From assembly GCA_030390025.1 (NCBI GenBank), contig CM059432.1, positions 52,330,001 to 52,394,000 on the forward strand: a stretch of DNA of 64,000 bases. Reading direction: 5' to 3'. The stretch comes from Squalus acanthias. Its lineage: Eukaryota. The position numbers were made by a program, and so were the translations under genes. Positions 13,004 through 27,999 of the stretch are shown here, in pieces (positions within the stretch are counted from its first letter, which is position 1; the number at the start of each line of letters is the position of its first letter). Under the pieces are notes generated by a model that was given only the letters and a program-made list of their open reading frames with translations, did not search any database and was not told the origin of the DNA.

Positions 13004-13713
13004 GGCCCCGCTCCAGGGCCCCAAACACCCCTTCCAGGTGAAACAGCGATTTACTTGTACTTCTTGCAATCTAGTATACTGTATTCGCTGCTCACAATGT
13101 GGTCTCCTCTACATTGGGGAGACCAAACGCAGATTGGGTGACCACTTTGCGGAACACCTCCGTTCAGTCCGTAAGGGTGACCCCAAGCTTCCGGTCGCCT
13201 GTCATTTTAATTCACCGCTCCACGCCCACTCAGACCTCACCGTCCTCGGCCTCTTGCACTGTTCCACAGAAGCTCAGCGTAAGCTCGAGGAACAGCACCT
13301 CCTCTTCCGATTAGACACTTTACAGCCTTCTGGACCCAATATCGAGTTCAACAATTTCAGAACATAACCTCGGATATATAGATCCACACTTTTGGTTTGT
13401 GCCTTTTCCCTTTTTTTTCCTTCCCCACATGGCAGCTGTCTTTCATTCTGCTAGTGCATTTCACACTTCCAGAGCCATCTTTTGTCTCTTAACCTGTCCT
13501 ATTACCATCTCGTCTCGCCTAGAGTATCTGAAATGTCTCCTCTTCTCAGACCTCCCCTTTTGTTCTTTCATTCCCTCCCCCAGCCGCCAAACTTGCTTTT
13601 TCATCTGTTTCATTTCCTGCTTTCTCAGTTCTGACGAAGGGTCTTCGACCTGAAACGTTAACTCTTTCTCTCCACAGATGTTGCCTGGCCTGCTGAGTTT
13701 TCCAGCGCTTTAT
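13004..13713 (+). mobile_element. Penelope-like family B 3' fragment (GIY-YIG + 3' UTR)
   Basis: NLVYCIRCSQCGLLYIGETKRRL..HF..E..L..N GIY-YIG domain in the 12861-13367 ORF; TTCAAG direct repeat at the flanks; inserted in a SINE. Confidence 0.88.
13627..13663 (+). ncRNA. Minimal type I hammerhead motif, family B
   Basis: AGTT-CTGACGA-a-GGGTC-ttc-GACCT-GAAA-CGTT-AACT. Confidence 0.78.
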
Positions 13714-14082
13714 TTCAAGAAAGTACTTCATTGGCTGTAAAGTGCTTTGGGACATCCGGTGGTCGTGAAAGTAGCTATATAAGTCTTTCTCCCTCCACTC
13801 AGATGTTGGGTGAACAAAAAACAAAAGCAGCAAAGAAATGGCCAAACACTCAAAAGTAGGTTGTTAAAACTGAAAATTTAGGGTCCTGGGAAGTTGTAGG
13901 CACCCAGAATTTGCTTTAACCTTCTCATTCCTATCCCCTTCCAAACTTTATCTTTCTCTCCCCACCTCCACTGAAGGCAGATCCTTATTCTGACAGTTCC
14001 ATGATGAGCAGCAGCCTTTTTGTACTTGTTCAACAAGTCATTCTGCACAGAAGCCGAATGAGAGTCAGCAGGCTATTTTATT

Positions 14083-14359
14083 ATAGAAACATAGAAACAT
14101 AGAATCTAGGAGCAGGAGTAGGCCATTCGGCCCGTCGAGCCTGCTCCGCCATTCAATACGATCATGGCTGATCATCCAAATCCAGTACCCTGTCCCTGCT
14201 TCAATCCCCACAGTACACATATCCCACCCTACCCCCGTAACCCCACGTATTTAATTCCCCCTAACATATCCCATCCTATCCCCATAACCCCACATATTTA
14301 ATCCCCCCTAACACTAAGGGTCAATTTATCATAGCCAAATCAACCTAACCCACACATTT
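14083..14359 (-). mobile_element. Second near-identical HE1/V-SINE-like copy
   Basis: Aligns end to end with 12588-12860. Confidence 0.72.
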
Positions 14360-15114
14360 ATAATCAAGTCTGAACCTTACTCACCCAAGCCTAGGCTTTC
14401 TGACTTGGAATCCAGGGGGGGGGGGGGGCACGGCAGGATGTCCTGCAGTGGGGCAGGAATTCCATCCACTAAGATGATGCTCCTGACCCCAGCCATCTTT
14501 CCAGCCCCAGCATGTTTACATGCTAGAGCCAAGCTCTCCAGGTATCAGCCAGGGAGTTGCATTAGATGGAGGCCTCTGTTGGGGGGAAAGGGTGAGGCTG
14601 CCACAGCAGGAGGAAGACAGCAACTGCTGAGCTGCTTAAAAAGTCTTCCCACAATGTGAGGTCCCATGCAGACCGCTCACCAGCTGCTGGAAGAGATACC
14701 CTGCATGCGCAGCAAATTTAAAGGGACCGTGCACAAAAAAAAGTTAGAGGGAACATTGCTTCAACTGGGCTCAAAGCACTTGCACAGACACATCTAAAAT
14801 TTAGCCCATGCAGTCTCTTATGTCTACCTTTGAACAAAGGGCCCGATGGCCGGTGTCCAACATTCGAACAGGGCATATGCCAGGAAACAGCATGGGGACA
14901 GAATGAGGAAGAGGAAGGAGGAGGAAGAGGAAGGAGGCGGCAGAGATGCAGTAGAGCACATTCCTAGCCTCCTTCATCCCAGATCTGCTGGAAAACCAGT
15001 GGGATGGGGGCCAGAAAGCCTAGACCCCAATGTCTACATATCAGTATGCTTGAGGGTACAGGGGTCTCACTGATGGCAATCTTCTGTTGTCTAGTATGAG
15101 GATGAGGTCAACTC

Positions 15115-16096
<982 letters not shown>

Positions 16097-16595
16097 TCAA
16101 AATGGTTTGTTACTTTACATCAGAAACATGAGAGAAACAGCTCATCCATAATGCATAAATTGGTGCAGGTCACTTATCAACTTGCACTGGAGGAAGAGGA
16201 CAAAGATCATAGCCAAACCTCATCCTGCTCTCAAGCATTGCTGGATTACAACTTACTCAGGGATGCAGAGACTAATTGGAGTAACCCCATTAGCTCCTCA
16301 CCTGAAATCAGTTACCAGGAATCTTCCTGATCTGCATGGCTCAGTTATTCACTAAGAGCTTCTGGAAGAACCACACCCAAGATTTCTACGTGGAATGCTT
16401 TGGGCACTGCTGGATGCAACATTTTCAAGAAAGGAAAAAATGCACATAAAGTCTGATAAGTGAACTTGGTAACACTATGCAGAATGATGCAATCCAGTTG
16501 GACAATTGATCAGTTGCGACTTTGGAACATTACATTGGAGGGAACAGGGAAGTTTGAAAGCATTGCAAAATGTATTCATTTTTAAGACTTCGTCA

Positions 16596-16856
<261 letters not shown>

Positions 16857-19079
16857 CTAGGAGAAAACAAACAGTTGAGATTATAAACAGTTCTGATGAC
16901 AGTTCATCGACCTGGATCTCTCTACAGCTGCTGTCTAACCGGCTGAGTGTTTCCAGCATTTTGTTTTTATTTTTGATAGACATGGACTTTTCCAAAGCTG
17001 AACTGGACCCAGATATTTTCTAGGTCAAATGTGCAGGTTTTCCTTACTTAAGTTTAACACACTTGATTCAGGGAATAAAATTGAGATATTCTAGTTTGTT
17101 AAAGGAGAAGGGGTATAAGAAATTCTCTGAACAAAGTTTCAGGTCAGGCCTCCATTCAGTGCCAAAGACTCAAGGGAATGTGACAGAAAAGGCACAAAGT
17201 ACAGGGAGGCACTTACACACCCCCATCCCCCAGCTTAGTTTATTATAGAACTGAGTAAATTACCCATCTTCTTGGCTGGGGATGACATGTGGCACAAGCA
17301 AGAAAAGTTTTTTTTAAAAAAAAGCTCAAATTAAAATTAGGTTTGAAGTTCCACAAATACACAATGTGGCCTACCCACAATTTTACTAGCACAGATGACC
17401 AGAGATTACAAACTAGAGTGCAAAAAGTACCACAGATCCAAAAACAAGACTGGAATGCAGGAATAAAATGTTGCGCAACCTTGGTTCTGTCCCATAGATT
17501 AGGATGTTATTATTCAGACTTAAATGATTATCTCAACACCAAGTCTCAATCATTTATATAGCACTTCACAACCAACTTGCCCAAAACAGCAAATATGACA
17601 GCACTTTATATAATTTGTTTCCCATGCATAACTGGTCTGAAGTTGGCAACAGCACTGCAAAATTAAGGGAGTGGGAGGGCACAATCACCAGCATCCATCA
17701 GAAGAGGTGGTTTCTACACATACTTCCAACACAATATAGGTAGCATTCTGGGAGCATTGTTGACTTTAACCACTAGTTGGCTGTCCCAACAGCTGCACAT
17801 CAGTGTCACACAAGCAGCTTTGCTATTACTGGCCTGTACAGACTTAGCAAGTGGGGAAGGCACCAGCCAGAGTCAGTTTTGAGGCATCTAAAAAAGTGGC
17901 TGCAGAAACCATCCCACAATAACTGCAAGAGCAGGAGTGAGCCAGTAATGCAGCTCTTCCTGCACACCCCACTTGTCATTAGAGGAAGCCCTACTACCTG
18001 ACTAGCTAGTGGCAAGAAAAATTAAATGCAGGCAGAATTCAAACCATCACATTTGGTTTTGCACAGGACCAGACTCCTATACTTAAGATTAATGGATACC
18101 TGGAAACGATTGCACCATTTTCTTTTCAATACCCAGGCTACGTAAAAGTGACTGCACTTAAAGTAATTCATTGGTTATGAAATATTTTGCGCCAGACATC
18201 CTGAGGACGTGATAAGACACTGTATAAATACAAGTTATGCCCTTGTGTAGACAGACCGCATCTAATATTTTCAAAAACCTAATTTGCAGGGGGGAAGGGG
18301 CAGGCAGGTTCACGCATTAAATTATTTTCTACAAGAGATTTTTCTTCATTGCTGCAAGTTTTCAGTAAACCTTTCAGAGAACTACCAGAGCTAGAAATTT
18401 TAGATTTCAAGAGCTTCCCATTTATTGCAGTTTGCCCATCAGGCAGGGTAAAAAAGTATTAACACTTAATACTAACATTTAAGTATAGTTAAAGCAAGAC
18501 TGTTGCTATCTAAAGAAATGTATGCTGTAGAATATATATCCTTACTCTAGAATTTGCTGGAATATAAAATTTTAGTTGGCCCTTACTGTTACTATTAAAG
18601 TTTCTATTTCATTGAAGTAATGACGGTGTTTTGGCTCCAATACTAGAAATTGTTCTTTACCAAAGGGAAATGGCAAAGCAATCAAATAAAAGGGCCACAC
18701 AGTTGAGGTGCTGTTTGGATTCCAGTTATAAATTATGCACATTGAGAATACCATAAGTAGAATTTACTCAAGTCAAATGAGTTTAAATAATTGTCATAGT
18801 ACTATACTAGATAAAAGTGACCGTCGGAAGGAAATAGGGCTGAACACGGATATCTAAAACTGTAGAAGTTTACAACAGCACCATTTGGCCATTGTCAGCT
18901 GGCCTGCTGCCAAAATTAATTCCACTGCTAGAGACCACCCCCCACATAGCTTCATACCTTCCTCTGCTTCAAATATTTATCCATTTTTCCCCTTTAAAAC
19001 ATGCAATCATTGTGGGATGGGCACTTCAATTAAGCTAGCAGTCTTTCTACAAGACTAAAAATAATATTTTTTGTGCAAA

Positions 19080-19495
19080 AAGCTTGCATTTATATAGCAC
19101 CTTTCATGACCATAGAACTTGCCATGGCATTTTGCAGCCAATTACTTTTGAAGTGTAGTAGTCACGGTTTCGTAGGCATACTCAGCAGCCAATTCAGAGC
19201 AAGGACCCACAAACAGCAATGAATTAATAGGTCATGCTTTTTGGTGGGATAAATATTGGGTCAGAACACTAGAAAAAACCTCCTGCTCACTGAATAGTGC
19301 CATGGAATCTTTACATCCACCCAAGAGCATAGACAGTGCCTTGGGTTTATTGTCTATCCAAAAGATAGTACCTGCAACGATGCAGCACTCCCTCAGAACT
19401 GTGCGGAGGTGTCAGCCTAGGTTGTGTGCTCAAATGTGGAGTTTGAGCCCACGACCTTCCAGTTAAGTGCTAGCATTGAGCCAAGGCCAACACTG
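19080..19495 (-). mobile_element. SacSINE1-like SINE (other copies or fragments: 275-400, 2835-2955, 8070-8150, 18135-18240, 20010-20430, 21225-21510, 24755-24960, 34281-34575, 59929-60030)
   Basis: Tail CTTGCATTTATATAGC.CCTTTCA and core shared among copies. Confidence 0.8.
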
Positions 19496-21357
19496 CAGAT
19501 GGTAGCAAATACAACGTGGGTCAGAAGGCAAGACGAGTTCAAGGACAATCTCAAAAGATTCTGATTTACTTCTTCCAGAAATACACAAGTCCCCATTAAA
19601 AAAAAAAATTTCCGCTCCCATAAAATAACACGAGGTACAGTTCGGTAGGCAACAGCAGCCATTGTACCTTTTTCAATTAACTTCTTTAAGCTATCAGCAA
19701 GTGTTCAGATTTGAATGTGATTTTTTTTTTTTAAAACTGAGTCTGATCCTTTAGCCTCCCAACATCTGCAGACTGCCTGAGACAATGGATAGTAATGTGG
19801 AAAACCAAATTGATTTTACCCCTTCTTAGCCAGGGAAGGAGACCAACTGTAGCATGGTCAATGCTGCCCAGTAGAGATCAGCTAATAGCATTGACTATGG
19901 AATGATACTAACAGGAAAGGCAAGATGCAAAGTCTAGTCTTAGAGTGGTTTGCAGAGATCTTCGAGACCAGTGCCCAAATATTAACCCCCCCCCCCCCAC
20001 CAGCGATAAGAATGAACTTGCATTATAATCGCACCTTTCACACCCTCAGGATGTCCAAGTGTTTTACAGCCAATGAAGTGTAGTCACTTATGTAGGAAAT
20101 GCAGCAGCAATTTGCATACACTGCCTCAGAATATGCAATGAAATAAATGACCAGATAATCTGTTTTAGTGATGTTAGTTGAGGGATAAACATTGGCCAGG
20201 ACACCAGGGAGAAATCTCCTACTCTTCTGCAAATAGTACCTTGGGATGTTTTACATCAACTTGAGGGAGCAGACAGCTTAGTTTAACATCTCACCCGTTA
20301 GACGCAAGGCACCTCCCAATAGTGAAGCACTCCCTCACTGCACTGAGCTGTCAGCTTAGACTATGTGCTCAAGTCTTGTGTGAACCCATGACCTTCAGGC
20401 AAGAGCACTACAACTGGGACAAGGCTGACTCCTAGTCTAAGTTTTACCTGGAAAAATCACAATAAGGAAGTTACCTAAAGCTATCAAAGCAACATTAAAA
20501 ACTGAGCTTACTTACCATAAGATTTGTACTAGTACTAAAAAAAAAATTAACTAATTCATAATCACATTGCAAACTATGATGTCTAGATCTTGTTTATATT
20601 GCATTGCACAGGTCTATTGATTATGTTCACACTGGCTTTTAAAAAAATGACTCATACAACAGGAACTGTTTCACAATATTGCAGACAAAAAAGATGGAAT
20701 GAATAAGGATTAAACAAAACTGCAAGGAAACAGGGGGCATATTGCATTTTTCAAATTCCTTGTGACTAATTTCTTCTGCTGGGTCCCAGACATGGCAAAA
20801 GTCAAAGGACCAAAAAAACAAGCAAATGATCAAGCCAGATGCCACTGTTTTATTAAAGACAAAGTATAATTTTCTCTTTGGGACTCCAAACTGATACAGG
20901 TTCAAGAATAAGCAGACAATTAACTTCATCTATTGCTTAGTTTGAGGAATAGGTGATAAGACACTGTTGCCAAAGTAGGCATCGGTCTTCTAAAAAGAAC
21001 TGGCAGGTATAGGATGACTAATAAGTTACAATACTATAAGAATGCAACATGTCACTGCATGTTAGGTTCATCAGTGGAAGGTATGTTAAAAGCTTTGACA
21101 ATACAAAATCATAAGATTAATCTCTGGGACAAGCATTTACAAGTAAACCTATTCCCAATGTCCTAAGGGCATAGAAGAGTCAACACATGTCACTACATAC
21201 CCATTAGTTTCCAGATCCTTCCTCCTAATCTAAATTGACACTTCAGTGCCATACTGAGGGAGTGCTGCATTGGAGTTGCATATTTGAATGAAAGGTTAAA
21301 CTGATCCCCCATCTGCCCTTTCAAGTGGATGAAAAGATTCCATGGCAGCTGAATCAA

Positions 21358-21453
21358 AATTGAGAGGTTGCACAACACCAGGTTATAGTCCAATAGTTTT
21401 ATTTGAAATCACAAGCTTTCGGAGCTTACTACTCCTTCGCCGGCATCTCCGCA
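21358..21453. mobile_element. Penelope family A micro-insertion (inverted pLTR piece + pLTR end) inside a Deu-type SINE
   Basis: TSD AGCTGAATCAA (21347-21357, 21454-21464). Confidence 0.85.
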
Positions 21454-21909
21454 AGCTGAATCAAGAGCAGGGATGTTCTCCTGGTGTCCAACCAACATTT
21501 ATCCCTCAACCAAGGCTCTGTGCAACTGAAGCATCACTTCATCCCCTTTATATTCTAGCCCACTTGCAATAAATACCTTGCTCATTTTTTGTTCCTATCT
21601 ACTAGGCCTCCCAAATTACTTTGGGATCTCTGAAGGATGTCTTAAGGCAGAGCTCCCCCTGGGGGGAAGGAGTGATGGTTATTTTTGGGGTGGGGGTGTG
21701 AGGAGGTTGCTAGCTGTAACTCAAGACAAGTAATGCCTGCAATATATGTATGTTCTCCATTAGTGGCAGTGTAGCCCAACCCTCACCCGAGGTGGATACC
21801 CAACTCTGCTCCCCTCCAAACAAGTTTAAGCTTACAGGTACTTTTAATGATCTTCAGTTTAAATGTGTTTCCTTCAATTCACAAAAATAAAATTGCTTTC
21901 GGCTCTGTA

Positions 21910-22437
21910 CCTCTATGCCGCTTGGATAGCAAGCTGGCCACAAAACAGCAGGGGTTAAGGGTAGCTGCTCAGATTGGCAAAAGGTGGAAAGTGGTGTTCC
22001 ACAAGGTTCCGTGCTTTACAGGGAATCCGAAGTACAATTTCAAAATTTTGCGGACGACTCCAAGTTGGGGGTATAGTTATTCTGAATGGGATTGACAGGG
22101 TAGATGCAGAGAGGTTGTTTCCCCTGGCTGGAGTGTCTAGAACTAGGGGGCATAGTCTCTGGATAAGGGGTAGGCCATTTAAGACTGAGATGAGAGGAAT
22201 TTCGTTACTCAGATGGTTGGGAATCTTTGGAATTCTCTATCCCAGATGGCTGTGGATGCTGAGTCTGAATATATTCAAAGCGGAGATAGATACATTTTTG
22301 GACTTTAGGGGAAATCAAGGGATATGGAGATCGGGCAGGAAAGTGGAGCCGAGGTCAATGATCAGCCGTGATCTTATTGAATGGCGGAGCAGGCTCAAGG
22401 AGCCTTATGGCCTACTCCTGCTCCTATTTATGTTCTT
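21910..22437 (+). mobile_element. CR1 fragments
   Basis: SGVPQGSV remnant, then GIDRVDAERLFP..TRGHSL and the CR1 tail. Confidence 0.8.
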
Positions 22438-23428
22438 AACCAACACCAGATTAACTGATCATTTCTCAATTCCTACTTCTGCTATTTTGCTGTGCACAAA
22501 TCAGCTGCTGTGTTTGCCTACAAAACCATCACCACACTTCAAAAAAGTAGTTTACTGGCTGTGGAAGGCACTATATGAAAGCAAGCTTGCTCCTTCTCTT
22601 CTCCCTTCAACACCAATGAAAAGCTTACTGGTCAATTTGTTACAATTAGGTCACTCCTTTACATTTTCAAATTATTTTTCCTCATTAAAACAGCAATTTT
22701 CACTGCAGTCACAATATTTCCATTCAAAAGCAGACCACAATCTGCTTCTAGGCCTCCATCCTCCCAACTGTGATCCAACTAGCTGCAACCCTTGTGTACA
22801 CAGGTGGGCTGTTTAAAATCTCCAAATGTTAACTTTATCTCAGTATTGGAGAAAAAGTGAATCCCAGCAGCAGAAGCTGAAATTGGCAGCCTAGGGAGCT
22901 GGGAAATTGAGCAGACATGCAAAACCTGAGCTATACGGAGAATGAAACAAACAGGGATTCTGGGTGATTGTAATAAGGATGGAGATAATGTACTGTTTGC
23001 TATATATGTTCATTCAAATGACCAATCTGTACATACAAGCCTGGCAAGTGTTAGAGAACTATTTAACTGTGAGGCCACCACAACCAAGCTCAAAGCTGCC
23101 TACATCCACTTCTCATTTTCAAGAGAGTTCACTGGATAGCAACATGGAGTAGTAACCTTGGTTACTGTTCTTCCCTAATTGAAGGGGAGTGATCAGGCAT
23201 AGTACCCTGCTTCAATTACCTTCCCTTTCATATTAGGCAGTTCACTGATGATTTTACAGTTCAGTTCCATTCACAACTCCTCCAATAACAAAGAAAGACT
23301 TGCATTTATATAGCGCCTTTCATGACCACCGGACGTCTCAAAGCGCTTTACAGCCAATGAATTATGTTGATTGAGGGATAAATATTGGCCAGGACACCAG
23401 GGATAACTCCCCTGCTCTTTGAAATAGT

Positions 23429-24034
23429 TGAGAGGTCGCACAACACCAGGTTATAGTCCAACAGTTTTATTTGAAATCACAAGCTTTCGGAACTATCGCT
23501 CCTTCCTCAGGTGAAGTAAATTGGATACAGAATCGTCAGAGCATATATAGATGGAAAAAAAAGCATGTGTACTTTACAATTGCAGACCAATAAATTAAAT
23601 CATCCTGACTATCTGCCGAGGTGTGATAAAGTTAATTAAGTCAGCCAGGAAGGTACCACATCAAAAGACATAGCAAGATACAACTGAGACAATGAGGTGA
23701 AGTCGCAGGGGTTCTAACGTGTCAAAAGCTGCCGTCTGTATGTAAAACGAAAAGCTTTAAAAAAAAAAAAATTTACTTTTTTACTGGGAAAATTTTTACT
23801 TTTTTACTGGGAATCACATCTGTGAACAAGCTAACGACGACTCGAGTCCGGATCACGTCATGTATCGTGACATAAACCCAAGATCCCGATTGAGACCGTC
23901 TTCATGAGTGCAGAACTTGGCTATCAGTTTCTGCTCGATGATTTTGCGTTGTCGTGTGTTTCTAAGGTTGCCTTGGAGAACGCTTACCCGCAGATCCGAG
24001 GCTGAATGTCCTTGACTGCTGAAGTGTTCCCCGA
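23429..24034 (-). mobile_element. Penelope family A 3' fragment inside a Deu-type SINE
   Basis: Near-identical to 38680-39279; TSD CTTTGAAATAGT (23417-23428, 24035-24046). Confidence 0.92.
23477..23514 (-). ncRNA. Minimal type I hammerhead motif, family A (sense to MYL12 intron 1)
   Basis: TCAC-CTGAGGA-a-GGAGC-gata-GTTCC-GAAA-GCTT-GTGA. Confidence 0.8.
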
Positions 24035-24249
24035 CTTTGAAATAGTGCCATGGGATCTTTACGTCCACCTGAGCGCAGACGGGGCCTCGGTTTAATGTCG
24101 CATCTGAAAGACGGCACCTCCGACAGTGCAGCACTCCACTGGAGTATCAGCCTAGCTTTATGTGCTCCAGTCTCTGGAGTGGAACTAGAACCCACAACCT
24201 TCTGACTCAGAGGCAAGTGTGCTACCTACTGAGCCACAGCTGACACTGC

Positions 24250-25205
24250 AGCATATGCCAACCCAGAACATTGAGGTTTGGGCTGACAAGTAGCAGGCAA
24301 CATTCACACCACTCGAGTACCAGGCAAGGATCATCAACAAGAGAAGGCCTAACCACCTCACCTTGACTGGCAGGACCATTGCTCAACTTCCAATCATCCT
24401 GATGGGTCACCAGTGATCAGAAGCTTAACCGGACCAGCCACAGCAATACCATGCCAACAAAACAGAGCAGGGGCTGGTTACACTGATGAATATCTCACCT
24501 CCGGAACCATTGTGCCTCTGTACAATCTAAATTGAACATTGTAGAAGTGTGTTGGAATGATCACCACTTACCTGGATGTGTTCAGCTGCAACAACGCTCA
24601 AGCTGACCAACATCCAAGACAAAAGTTGTCTGCTTGATCAATATTTATCACCGCACTTTTGGCTGCTCTATTTTCTATCTACAGGATACACTGCAGCACA
24701 AGCTTAATTCGATAGCAACTCCTAGTTATACAACCTCCACCACTGAAGGATAAAAAGGAAGACTTGCATTTATATAGCACCTTTCACGACCACTGGATGT
24801 CTCAAAGCTCTTTACAGCCAATGAAGTATTTTTTTAAGTAGAGTCACTGTTGTAATGTGGGAAACAGCAGCCAATTTGCACACAGCAAGCTCCCACAAAC
24901 AGCAATGTGATAATGAGCAGATAATCTGTTTTTTGGTTATGTTGGTTGAGGGATAAATATGCAGCAAGATCATGGATCAGCATCACCTTCAAGTTCTCCA
25001 ACTGACATGCCATCTTGACTTGGACAATATCACCATTCCTTCATTATTGGGTCAAAATCCTGGGTTTCTGTAGCTGCCATCATTGTGGGAGCACCATCAC
25101 AAAGACTGCAGCAGTTAACACAAAAGTCCACCACCATCTTTTTAGGGGAACTAGAGACAGGCAATAAATGTGACCTTGCTAGCGCTGACCACATCCAGAG
25201 AACAA
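24250..25205 (+). mobile_element. Old CR1/L2-group LINE 3' fragment interrupted by a SINE piece
   Basis: Degenerate RT C-terminal pattern and tail GGCAATAAATG..GACCACATCC. Confidence 0.55.
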
Positions 25206-26315
25206 AATAAAAATTAAAAGCCACCCAACATGCAAGAGGAATGAAGCCTGGATGTTTGATTTATAGTAAAGTACCACATACATTATTAACCTATTGAACC
25301 AAGGAGGAAGGGGTGCAGCATAATTTAGTTGTGCTCCTGATCAGCTTGCAGCATGACAGCTTACTGGCAGTCTCTTCAGTGAGCAGATCTGGATCAGGTG
25401 AACTGAACTCATTCAAAACTCTGCTGCCTGCATTCTAACTCGTAACAAGTCTCGTTGACCCACCACCCCTGTGCTCGCTGACCTACACTGCCTCCTGGTT
25501 AAGCAATGCCTCAATTTTAAAATTCTTAACATCGTTTTCAAATTATGGCCTCACCCCTCCCTATCTCTAACCTGCTCTAGCCCTCAGGATCTGCACTTCT
25601 CCAAATCTGGCCTCTTGCACATCCCTGATTTTAATCACTCCACCATTGGCAGCCATGCCTTCAGCTGCCTGATAGAAATAAACAGTATCTGATGAAGGGA
25701 GGTTAGTTTTGAATAAGTTTCAGTTTAACTATAAAGTATGGCTAATTTTGTAAAGTACTACATTCTCAAAGGGGAAATTCAAAAAACAAACTTGCATGTT
25801 TACAGCACTTTTCACAGCTTCAGGACATGCCAAAGTTCTGCACAGCCAATAAAACCCCCAGTACACCAGTGATCTACAGTTGTTGGTTTGGTTTCCTGCT
25901 TTGCTCATGCGGTCAAGGAGTGAAAATATGAACTAGCTAAACGGAGGATGACAACTGTGCATTTCTCCAATATTACTTCATTACAAACCATGAAGTAATT
26001 TAACTCACCATAAAGGTCAACTGGAGTAATGGCTTCCCTCCCACTCCCCAACAGCTGCTTTGGCTTCATTTTATATTTGTTGTGGACTTCCAAAACACAA
26101 GAATCTTTAGCCACTCAAACAGGCCAAGTGTGTTAAGAAACTAAAGTTGTTTGGCTGTATCACACTGTTTTACAGAGGCAAGTCCCTGCACATACCAGCC
26201 AAGGAAAGCTGAATGAATGATTAACCACAACTTGTTTTAAGCAAGCAAAACTGTTCAACATTAAGCAGCAGACTTTTCAATTAATACAGTATCTGGTATT
26301 GAAAGGATTCTATAC

Positions 26316-26357
<42 letters not shown>

Positions 26358-27310
26358 AGAAATTAAAGCAACATTTTCTGACTGTTTAATTTATACCTAT
26401 TATTCTGCCACACTTACTATTCCTTTTAAACTTGAAGGGCTTAAACAGTGATCATTTGCTTGTTGGAAATTACACAGCATGACACATCATAAGGGAGGTG
26501 TAGAAACAGAGTTAACTAATTACACAAACCTCTCAGACATGCAATTATTTAAGTCAAGCTAGTGACCTAAATTTTTACCAGGCCTACAAAAGGCTGAAAA
26601 ACAGCACAAGGGCAGATTTTTTTTTTACATTAAAAATGGCACAATTCTCACTTCTACCATTACTTAAAATGTAGATCTTAAATCCCATATAAAGCATGCC
26701 AGGCTTAAAACAAACATTCAGCACAAATGTGACAGGTATGCAAAATACATTTAGTATCATAGAAATGGTACATACTTCTTGTACAACACCAAGTGCTTGC
26801 ATGCCCACAAGAAGTTCATATCAAACAAAAACTCACTTCCCTCCTACTTTCAATGCTGTAAATGTTCAGCTCTCCCCTTTGCCAAGTCACTTCCTCCTCT
26901 ATTCAAATTCTCTCTCTTCCCCTCACCCTAATGCAGAACCATCCAGAAGTCTCAAAACTCACTTATTGGATTCAAATATATGTCTGAAGTTTGGTCTTAG
27001 TCAGGAACCAAAGGTTATAAAGCACACTAAACGCGGTTTAGTATTTAAGAATTATCAAAATTCTTAAGAATGATTTAACATTTTCACGGAGTCAGAAATG
27101 GGATGTGGTTTGAACTTCATAAACATGAACAAGTTCAGGAATCTCAGCCATGTCATCATAGAATGAGAGGAGGCCATTCGGCCCATCATGTCTGTGCTGG
27201 CTCTTATCTAATTTGTCCCACTTCCCTGCTCTTTCCCCATAGCCTTGCATTTCTCCAACACCCCCCCCCCCCCCCGGGCCACCTTTTCAATTCCCTATAG
27301 AAAGTTACTA

Positions 27311-27957
27311 AGCTCATGGTCTACAGAGCAGCAGTGATACCCGCCCTGCTGTACGCCTCAGACACATGGACCATGTACAGCAGGCACCTCATAGCACTGG
27401 AGGTACCACCAACGCTGCCTCTGCAAGATCCTGCAAATCCATTGGCAGGATAGGCGCACCAACGTCAGTGTTCTTACTCAGGCCAACATCCCCAGCATCG
27501 AAGCTTTGACCACACTCGATCAGCTCCGATGGACGGGTCACATTGTCCACATGCCCGATACGAGACTCCCAAAACAAGCGCTCTACTCGGAGCTCCGGCA
27601 CGGCAAGAGCCCCAGGTGGGCAGAGGAAACACTTCAAGGACACCCTCAAAGCCTCCTTGAAAGTGCAACATCCCCACTGACACCTGGGAATCCCTGGCCC
27701 AAGACCGCACAAAGTGGAGGAGAAGCATCCGGGAAGGCGCCGAACACTGAGTCTCTTCGCCGGGAGCTAGTGGAAGCCAAGCGCAGGCAGTGCATGTCAA
27801 CCCAAGCACCCCACCCACCTGCTCCTTCAACCACTGTCTGCCCCACCTGTGACAGACTGTAGGTCCCGCATTGGACTCATGTCACCTGCAAACTCATTTT
27901 TAATGTGGAAGCAAGTCATCCTTGGTTCCGAGGGACTGCCTAAGACAAGACGAGAAA
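27311..27957 (+). mobile_element. RTE-clade LINE 3' fragment
   Basis: VYRAAVIPALLY, QLRWTGHIVHMPDTRLPKQALYSEL, CPTC; purine-repeat tail; inserted in a CR1 3' end (27155-28000). Confidence 0.88.
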
Positions 27958-27999
27958 ACTATTGAATCTGCTTCTACTGCCCTTTCGGGCAGAGCCTTC

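Larger units (their letters stand above)
12370..13790 (+). mobile_element. tRNA-derived Deu-domain SINE (SacSINE1-like) interrupted by two insertions
   Basis: A box ACTCAGTTGG, B box GGTTCAAGTCC, core TTTTGGATGAGACGTTAAAC, tail TTCATTGGCTGTAAAG..CTATATAAGTCTTTCT. Confidence 0.85.
23290..24247 (-). mobile_element. SacSINE1-like SINE interrupted by Penelope A
   Basis: Same head, core and tail as the other copies. Confidence 0.88.

Noticed and set aside
21974..22816. 280-aa ORF
   Set aside because: CR1 remnant joined to SINE-like and unique intronic sequence; no coherent domain
26327..26356. Long poly-G run (also G-runs at 2339-2550)
   Set aside because: Simple homopolymers with unreliable length; no further structure supportable
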